Shown: positions 58,178-64,000 of the stretch, in pieces
Layout of the letters: each line of letters begins with the position of its first letter
Numbering within the stretch: the stretch's first letter is position 1
DNA from: an uncultured bacterium
GTDB taxonomy: Bacteria; AUK180
Direction of reading: 5' to 3'
Length of the DNA stretch: 64,000 bases
Assembly (NCBI GenBank): GCA_937863565.1
Contig: CALMGJ010000011.1
Coordinates: 1 to 64,000, forward strand
Notes under the pieces: model-generated
Seen by the model: only the letters and a program-made list of their open reading frames with translations
The model's database searches: none
What the model was told of the DNA's origin: nothing
Made by a program: the position numbers and the translations under genes

Positions 58178-59164
58178 TCACCATCTGATCAGCGCGGAAC
58201 CCCAGGTGAAACCCGCGCCGAAGGCCGTTAGAAGAAGGAGTTGGCCTTTTTTGATCTGTCCGCCGCCAAGGTATACCCCCATAGCGATCGGGATCGACCC
58301 GGCTGAAGTATTGCCGAATTTATCTATCGTGATAACGACTTTTTCGCGGGCGATGCCCAGGCGCTCGCCCACTTTATCCATGATCCGGATATTGGCCTGA
58401 TGAGGGATCAGCCAGTCCACGTCTTCCGTTTTAAGCCCGTTCCTTTCGAGAAGTTTTTTCGATATTTCAGACATGAACGTGATCGCGTTTTTAAATACTT
58501 CGCTTCCGCCGCTCATCTCAATAAAGTGCAGTTTCCCGTCCACCGTCTCGTGCGTGGAGGGTTTTACGGAACCGCCGGCAGGTTGAACGAGAATATCTCC
58601 GAGATTGCCGTCACCGCAGTTCATAACATCGATTATCTCATGGGCATCGTCTCTTTTGCCGATCACGGCGGCACCGGCGCCGTCGCCGAAAAGAACGCAT
58701 GTGGCCCTTTCTGCCCAATTAGTGATCTTGGACAACTGCTCCGAGCCCACAAGAAGGGCATATTCGTGATTGCCCGAGGAGAACAGGCCCTTTATTATTT
58801 CAAGTCCGTACACGAATCCGGTGCACCCCGCTTCGAAATCGAAGACCATTGCATTGGGGATACCGAGTTTTTTCTGCACCATCGCTGCGGTTGAAGGGAA
58901 CAGGAAATCGGGAGTGACCGTGCCTACTGCTATGAGCGATATTTTGTTTCTGTCTATGCCGGCTTCGGCGATGGCCCTTTCACAGGCAGGGATTATCATA
59001 TCTGAATTCCCTTCATATTCGCCGTTGTTGATATGCCTTTCCTTGATCCCGGATCTTTGCGTTATCCACTCGTCCGACGTTTCCACCATCTTTTCAAGGT
59101 CCTGGTTGGTTAATATTTTCTTCGGAACATTGTATCCCATTCCCAGTATCCCGATCTTAGACAT
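58178..59164 (-). CDS. fabH: 3-oxoacyl-ACP synthase III
   Basis: AGCTGF, FGDGAGA, PHQAN, GNTSA and FGAGFTWG motifs. Confidence 0.97.
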   Translation of the reverse strand: MSKIGILGMGYNVPKKILTNQDLEKMVETSDEWITQRSGIKERHINNGEYEGNSDMIIPACERAIAEAGIDRNKISLIAVGTVTPDFLFPSTAAMVQKKLGIPNAMVFDFEAGCTGFVYGLEIIKGLFSSGNHEYALLVGSEQLSKITNWAERATCVLFGDGAGAAVIGKRDDAHEIIDVMNCGDGNLGDILVQPAGGSVKPSTHETVDGKLHFIEMSGGSEVFKNAITFMSEISKKLLERNGLKTEDVDWLIPHQANIRIMDKVGERLGIAREKVVITIDKFGNTSAGSIPIAMGVYLGGGQIKKGQLLLLTAFGAGFTWGSALIRW

Positions 59165-60188
59165 TCTGCCCTCCTATCAATTTCAGTTTTGCCGTGATCG
59201 TTTCGTTAAGGCTGTTCTCGTAAAGTTTTTTAATGAATATGACCGCATTCTTTATGGCCACGTTCGTTGAAACGCCGTGGCTTTTTATTACATATCCGTT
59301 CAATCCGAGAAGCGGCGCGCCGCCGTATTCCGCATAATCATAGTTTCGTGCGATGTTCTTTATTTCGCTGTGAAAGAAGGTAGTGCCTATTTTCGTTCTG
59401 ATCGATTTTTTCACCAGTGATTTAAACTCCCCGAATATCGTTGTTGCGATGCTTTCGATAAGCTTGAGCGCGATATTGCCCGTGAACCCGTCTGTGATGA
59501 TGACATCCACTTTTCCCGCGATCAGGTCGCGGCCTTCAATATTCCCCTTGAAACCTTCAAGATATTTCTCCAGAAGTTCGTATGATTGTACCGTAAGTTG
59601 ATTGCCTTTGGTCCGTTCCTCGCCGATGGAAAGCAGCCCTGATCTGATACTCCTCGTCGATGCGGCAATGCTCATATACAAAGAGCCCATTATCCCGAAC
59701 TCGAGAAGGTTCTGCGGTTTCGTGTCGGCATTGGCTCCGGCATCAATAAGAAGACTTTTTCCGAGGCCGTTCTTTGCCGGGATAAGCGCGGCAAGCGCCG
59801 GGCGGGAAATCCCTTCAAGGCGGCCGAGTATCATTGCGGCGCCGAGCATGAGCGCGCCGGTATTCCCCGCAGATACGAAACCGTCTATCTTGCCGGCTTT
59901 ATGGTCGGTAAGCCCCATCATCATCGAAGAGTTCTGCTTTCCCTGGAAAGCGGCCTGAGGTTTTTCCTCGGGTCCTACGGTCTGTTCGCAATGCCTGATC
60001 TCGATATTCGGAGGAAGTTTCTTCCAAGGTTTCCACTTATAGAGCTCTTTTTCTTCTTCTTTAATGAAATCTTCCTGTCCGTAAAGCGCTATGATATCAT
60101 CGGGAAGCAGTTCCGCCGCTTCAATGGCGCCTTCCAGAGTGACTTTGGGACCGAAGTCCCCCCCCATAGCATCAAGCCCGATCTTCAT
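59157..60188 (-). CDS. plsX: Phosphate acyltransferase PlsX
   Basis: DAMGGDFGP, SAGNTGA, DGFTGN, GGAPLLGL and KSHG motifs. Confidence 0.97.
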   Translation of the reverse strand: MKIGLDAMGGDFGPKVTLEGAIEAAELLPDDIIALYGQEDFIKEEEKELYKWKPWKKLPPNIEIRHCEQTVGPEEKPQAAFQGKQNSSMMMGLTDHKAGKIDGFVSAGNTGALMLGAAMILGRLEGISRPALAALIPAKNGLGKSLLIDAGANADTKPQNLLEFGIMGSLYMSIAASTRSIRSGLLSIGEERTKGNQLTVQSYELLEKYLEGFKGNIEGRDLIAGKVDVIITDGFTGNIALKLIESIATTIFGEFKSLVKKSIRTKIGTTFFHSEIKNIARNYDYAEYGGAPLLGLNGYVIKSHGVSTNVAIKNAVIFIKKLYENSLNETITAKLKLIGGQNV

Positions 60189-60197
60189 GACGGACCG

Positions 60198-60380
60198 CTA
60201 TTTTTTGATCGTTTTGACCTGTCTGCCCCTGTAATAACCGCAGTTGGAACAGACAGTGTGCGGCTTTTTCGGCTGACCGCAATGCGAACAAAGGGTCAAT
60301 GCGGGTTTTGCGAACTTCAGCGAGGCCGCTTTTTTCTGTCTCGTTCTCTGCCGTGATTTTCGTACTTTTGGAACTGGCAT
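60198..60380 (-). CDS. rpmF: 50S ribosomal protein L32
   Basis: MPVPK...CSHCG..K.PH.VC..CGYYRG. Confidence 0.97.
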   Translation of the reverse strand: MPVPKVRKSRQRTRQKKAASLKFAKPALTLCSHCGQPKKPHTVCSNCGYYRGRQVKTIKK

Positions 60381-60389
60381 TTCATCCTC

Positions 60390-60815
60390 CTAATAATCTA
60401 TGCCTTCGCAATTTTCTTTGCAAAGGGGTTTAACCGGGATCTCCAGAAGAACGGAGTCCCTTATCTGATCGGCAAAATTTACTTCCTGCCTATCGTAGAA
60501 AAAAAGATCAACGCTTTCTTCTTCCTTATAATTCCTTTTTTCTTCGGGAAGGAAGAGAAACCGGTATTTAGCGTCTATATGCTGCTTGAATTCTTTTCCG
60601 CAGCGCGCGCATTTTAAGGAACATTCGGTCTCGAGCCGGACTTCGATAAAAACCTTCTTGCCGTTTATCGTAAAGAACCCGTTCACCTTCACGTCTTTGA
60701 AATTGTCCGGGAGCGAAAGCATGCCCGGGGTTTCGGTCATTTCGAAGGCCGTCTGTTTGTTCTCATGTTCGAAAAGAGAAATAATGAACAGTTTGCTCTT
60801 TGCAATGCGTTCCAT
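60390..60815 (-). CDS. yceD: DUF177/YceD family protein
   Basis: CARC and P.KPLCKENC.G motifs, directly upstream of rpmF. Confidence 0.9.
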   Translation of the reverse strand: MERIAKSKLFIISLFEHENKQTAFEMTETPGMLSLPDNFKDVKVNGFFTINGKKVFIEVRLETECSLKCARCGKEFKQHIDAKYRFLFLPEEKRNYKEEESVDLFFYDRQEVNFADQIRDSVLLEIPVKPLCKENCEGIDY

Positions 60816-60838
60816 CGTTTTTCCAAAAAATAAATGTT

Positions 60839-60867
60839 ATTATATCTTAGAAAGAGAAAAAAGTCAA
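60839..60867 (-). promoter_or_regulatory. sigma70 promoter of the yceD-rpmF-plsX-fab operon
   Basis: TTGACT-17nt-TATAAT. Confidence 0.8.
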
Positions 60868-61688
60868 TACTTTCCCGGGGAAAGAAACTTGATCTTACGG
60901 CATAGAGAGAGGTCGGCCGAAGCTTCAATAAAATTGTTAAATATCCTGTTTTTCAGTTCATCCCGGTCCGCACTTCTGATCTTTGCGAGCACACGAACGA
61001 CCCTTTTTACAAGGTCCGGCATAAAAGTCCTTCCATAGATGCTTTCCGGACCGCCCGGATTATCGGTCTCGGTTAGAAGCCGGTTCTCCGGTATCGTTTT
61101 GGCTATTGACCTGATCTTCTCGGAAACAAGGATTTCCGGACCGACCGTAAAATAGTAATCCCTTGAAATCATCTCCTTCAGCGTGTCCCGGTCTCCCGAA
61201 TACCAGTGGATCAAGACCCTGGAATTCCCCGATCTCTTAAGCATCTCCAGGGCTTCCCTCTCCGCCCCCTTTGTATGTACGCTGATCAATTTTTCCCTGC
61301 ACCGTGAAAGGAAAAATGAGAAGATCCTAACTTGCGCCTCATAATTCTCGCGGTCAGAAACAAAGAACCTGTCAAGGCCGATCTCTCCGATGAGTTCGTT
61401 CTTTTCAATGAGCGCTTCGATCTTGCCGAGTTTTGCGGTGTATTTTGGGGCTTTCCAGGGATGTATTCCAAATGATGCGAAAATATACGCGCATTTACTT
61501 TGGAGGATACGGTTCTTCCTGTAAGAAGCGATGTCCAGTGAATTGGCGATCGAGATTATGCCTGTTTTCTCTATATCGTTTATCAGGTCCTTTTGCGAAA
61601 TGCCGAACCTCTTATATGCGTATATGTTCGGATGGGTATGGGCATCTATGTACATTGGCATTTGTTCCGGATCTTTCCCTTGTGTCAT
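60864..61688 (-). CDS. tatD: TatD family hydrolase
   Basis: IDAHTH, GIHPW, IGEIGLD, HWYSG and LLTETDNP motifs. Confidence 0.9.
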   Translation of the reverse strand: MTQGKDPEQMPMYIDAHTHPNIYAYKRFGISQKDLINDIEKTGIISIANSLDIASYRKNRILQSKCAYIFASFGIHPWKAPKYTAKLGKIEALIEKNELIGEIGLDRFFVSDRENYEAQVRIFSFFLSRCREKLISVHTKGAEREALEMLKRSGNSRVLIHWYSGDRDTLKEMISRDYYFTVGPEILVSEKIRSIAKTIPENRLLTETDNPGGPESIYGRTFMPDLVKRVVRVLAKIRSADRDELKNRIFNNFIEASADLSLCRKIKFLSPGKY

Positions 61689-61709
61689 GCCGGACAGGAG
61701 AACGTTATA

Positions 61710-63098
61710 TCAGCAGTTGAAATAAAGGTCTATCTCCGCAGGATTCGGGCATTCAGAAACGAGTGCGGATTCCCTGGATTTCACTTCTACCCAGCGTTCT
61801 ACAGCTTCTTTCGAAAATACGCCGCGGCTTGTTAGGAATTCGTGTCCCTTCTCCAGGGCTTCAAGGGCGGCGCCTAAACTCTGGGGGAGTTTCTTGATAT
61901 CCTTTCTTGCTTCGATGTTCCCTTCGGCGGGAGCACCGGGGTCCGTTTTCTTCAGAACGCCTTCTATCCCGGCGCATACAAGGGAAGAGAGCATGAAATA
62001 CGGGTTGCAGGTAGCATCCGCTGGCCGATATTCGAAGCGCATTACTTCGGGATCCCTGATATATCCGGGTATCCGGATCGCGCTTGTCCGGTTAGACGGC
62101 GAATAGCATACGGCCGTAGGCGCCTCATAACCCGGCACCAGTCTTTTATATGAATTGGTTGAAGGATTGGCCAGTCCTGTTATCGCGTCTATATGTTCGA
62201 GGATGCCGCCTATGTAATAAAGCCCGGTTTCTGAAAAATTCACGTATTTATTCCCGCTGAAGATGTTCTTGCCGTTCTTTTTAAGAAGCTGATGAACATG
62301 CATTCCGCTGCCTGCGATCCTGTAAAGAGGTTTCGGCATGAAAGTAGCGACCTTATTGTAACGCGCGGCAATGTTCCGGATGAAGTATTTAGCCAGGATG
62401 ACCTCGTCGCAGCTTCTAAGAAGCGGTTTGAAATCGAGCTCAAATTCATGCTGTCCCGGTACGCCGCATTCATGATGGCTTACTTTGATATCGATGCCTA
62501 TCTTTTCGATAAGATCGGTCAATTCCGTTCTGATGTCAAGGCCTTTATCAAAAGGAGGCACGGCTCCGTACCCGCCTTCCTTATGGAATTTATAACCGAA
62601 ATTCTCCTTATCCGTGCTTTCGCAAGAATAGAATTGAGCCGATATCCTCATCGGATCGGTATCGAAGGTGTAACCGTCAAAAATGAAGAATTCGAGTTCC
62701 GGTATCCAGTATGATTCATCTGCGATCCCGAGCTCTTTCAATGCTCCGGTTGCGCGGATGGCCGTTTGCCTCGGACACAAGGGAAATGGTCCGTCTTTTG
62801 CCGCATAAGTTACATTGCACAGAAAAGAAAGTGTTTTTTGCGGAAAGAACGGATCCAGAAATCCCGTGTCGATGTCCGGAACAAGCCTCAGATCGCTCGA
62901 CTCCACAGTAGCATATCCTCCGACGGAAGACCCGTCGGCGCCGATCCCCTCCTTAAAGAGTTTTTTATCAAGTTTCGAAGCCGGTATCGTGAAGTGTTTC
63001 AGCTGGCCCGAGAGATTGGCCACCTTGATGTCAAGGAATTTTACGCCTTCGCGCTCGATTATCTCATTGTACTTTTCCAGGCCCGATTTGATGTCCAT
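61710..63098 (-). CDS. glnA: Glutamine synthetase type I
   Basis: DGSS, HHEC...GQHE, TFMPKP...GSGMHVH, NSYKRLVPGYEAP and NRTSAIRIP motifs. Confidence 0.96.
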   Translation of the reverse strand: MDIKSGLEKYNEIIEREGVKFLDIKVANLSGQLKHFTIPASKLDKKLFKEGIGADGSSVGGYATVESSDLRLVPDIDTGFLDPFFPQKTLSFLCNVTYAAKDGPFPLCPRQTAIRATGALKELGIADESYWIPELEFFIFDGYTFDTDPMRISAQFYSCESTDKENFGYKFHKEGGYGAVPPFDKGLDIRTELTDLIEKIGIDIKVSHHECGVPGQHEFELDFKPLLRSCDEVILAKYFIRNIAARYNKVATFMPKPLYRIAGSGMHVHQLLKKNGKNIFSGNKYVNFSETGLYYIGGILEHIDAITGLANPSTNSYKRLVPGYEAPTAVCYSPSNRTSAIRIPGYIRDPEVMRFEYRPADATCNPYFMLSSLVCAGIEGVLKKTDPGAPAEGNIEARKDIKKLPQSLGAALEALEKGHEFLTSRGVFSKEAVERWVEVKSRESALVSECPNPAEIDLYFNC

Positions 63099-63102
63099 CG
63101 AT

Positions 63103-64000
63103 TCACTCCTCTATTCTAACTCTGAAAATGATCCTTTTTCCGGCGCGGATTATTCCCGATGCCGATATTTTCATTCCCTGATCGGTCACCTTCTCGCTCT
63201 CGAAGAACACCGCGTTCTGTATGATCAACCGCTTTATTTCGCCTTTGGACATGTCCTTCGCGAAAGCGGCTATGATATTCGTGATCGTGTCCGGTGCTGC
63301 AGATATCTCCGGGATGTCCTCGGGTATCCCTTTTTTCACGAACCTTGTGATGAAATCATTTTCAGCCGTTGCCGCATCTTCTTTTCCGCAGAGCCATTCC
63401 GTCATCTCCCGCGCGAATTCCATCTTGGGATCCCGGGGATTCACCGTGCCTTTCTGAAGGGCATCAACGATCTCGGATTTCATCCTTTCTTCTTTTTCGG
63501 AAAGAAGGCCTATATATTTCGGCAGTATCTCGTCGGGAACGGACATGATCTTTCCGAACATGTCTTTAGGCCCGTCATTGATGCCTATATAGTTGCCGAG
63601 ACTTTTGCTCATCTTCTGTTTTCCGTCAAGACCCTCTATGATAGGCATGATAAGAGCGGTCTGCGGTTCAAGCCCGTACCGTTCCTGCAGTATTCGTCCT
63701 ACGATGAGATTGAATTCCTGGTCCGTTCCCCCGAGTTCGATATCGGCTTTTATTGCTACAGAATCGTAGCCCTGAACAAGCGGATACAGGAATTCAAGGA
63801 TGGATATCGGGGATTCTTTTTTAAACCTCTCAGCAAAATCATTCCGCTCCAGCATGCGCGCTACTGTATATTTAGAAGTAATATCGAGGAATTGATAGAC
63901 ATTGATCTTTTCAAACCATTCGCTGTTGAAGCGGATGTCCGTCCGGTCCCTGTCGAGTACCTTGAAAATCTGTTTGGCATATGTATCGGCATTCGCTGCG
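63103..64000 (-). CDS. tyrS: Tyrosyl-tRNA synthetase, C-terminal part (N-terminus outside window)
   Basis: EFLYPLVQGYDSV, ELGGTDQ.FN and KMSKSLGNYI motifs, with a C-terminal S4-like domain. Confidence 0.96.
   Translation of the reverse strand, partial: AANADTYAKQIFKVLDRDRTDIRFNSEWFEKINVYQFLDITSKYTVARMLERNDFAERFKKESPISILEFLYPLVQGYDSVAIKADIELGGTDQEFNLIVGRILQERYGLEPQTALIMPIIEGLDGKQKMSKSLGNYIGINDGPKDMFGKIMSVPDEILPKYIGLLSEKEERMKSEIVDALQKGTVNPRDPKMEFAREMTEWLCGKEDAATAENDFITRFVKKGIPEDIPEISAAPDTITNIIAAFAKDMSKGEIKRLIIQNAVFFESEKVTDQGMKISASGIIRAGKRIIFRVRIEE

Overview
Bacterial window (genetic code 11), probably from a deep-branching diderm lineage. This is inferred from the atypical 16S and the PorV-like barrels with FlgD/T9SS-like C-terminal domains. 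Nearly all genes run on the minus strand toward a partial 16S rRNA gene (1-~957), which has two consensus sigma70 promoters, each followed by a boxA. Housekeeping genes include tyrS (partial), glnA, tatD, yceD-rpmF-plsX-fabH-fabD-fabG-acpP-fabF-rnc, a split transketolase, mazG, tmk and holB. There are two standout accessory systems. (1) A compact RiPP cluster at about 14.6-20.0 kb encodes a PqqD/RRE, a lasso-B2-type Cys protease, a radical SAM/SPASM enzyme, a 51-aa precursor missing from the ORF track (18025-18180, lasso-type YxxPxL...T leader, core with 2 Cys and many Ser/Thr), an HprK-like kinase and an O-antigen-ligase/TPR membrane protein. No lasso cyclase is present in the window. (2) A 14-kb operon (38.9-53.2 kb) joins ComEC with a degenerate nuclease domain, two outer-membrane barrels fused to ComEA-type HhH domains, a PorV-like barrel, two large lamin-tail surface proteins and DUF3006. 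It is a candidate unusual DNA-capture/uptake system. Also noted: several probably leaderless genes, two single-base homopolymer frameshifts, a probable CTG start, a 20-bp perfect palindrome and an envelope-modification island. Family assignments come from motif recognition by eye, with no database searches.
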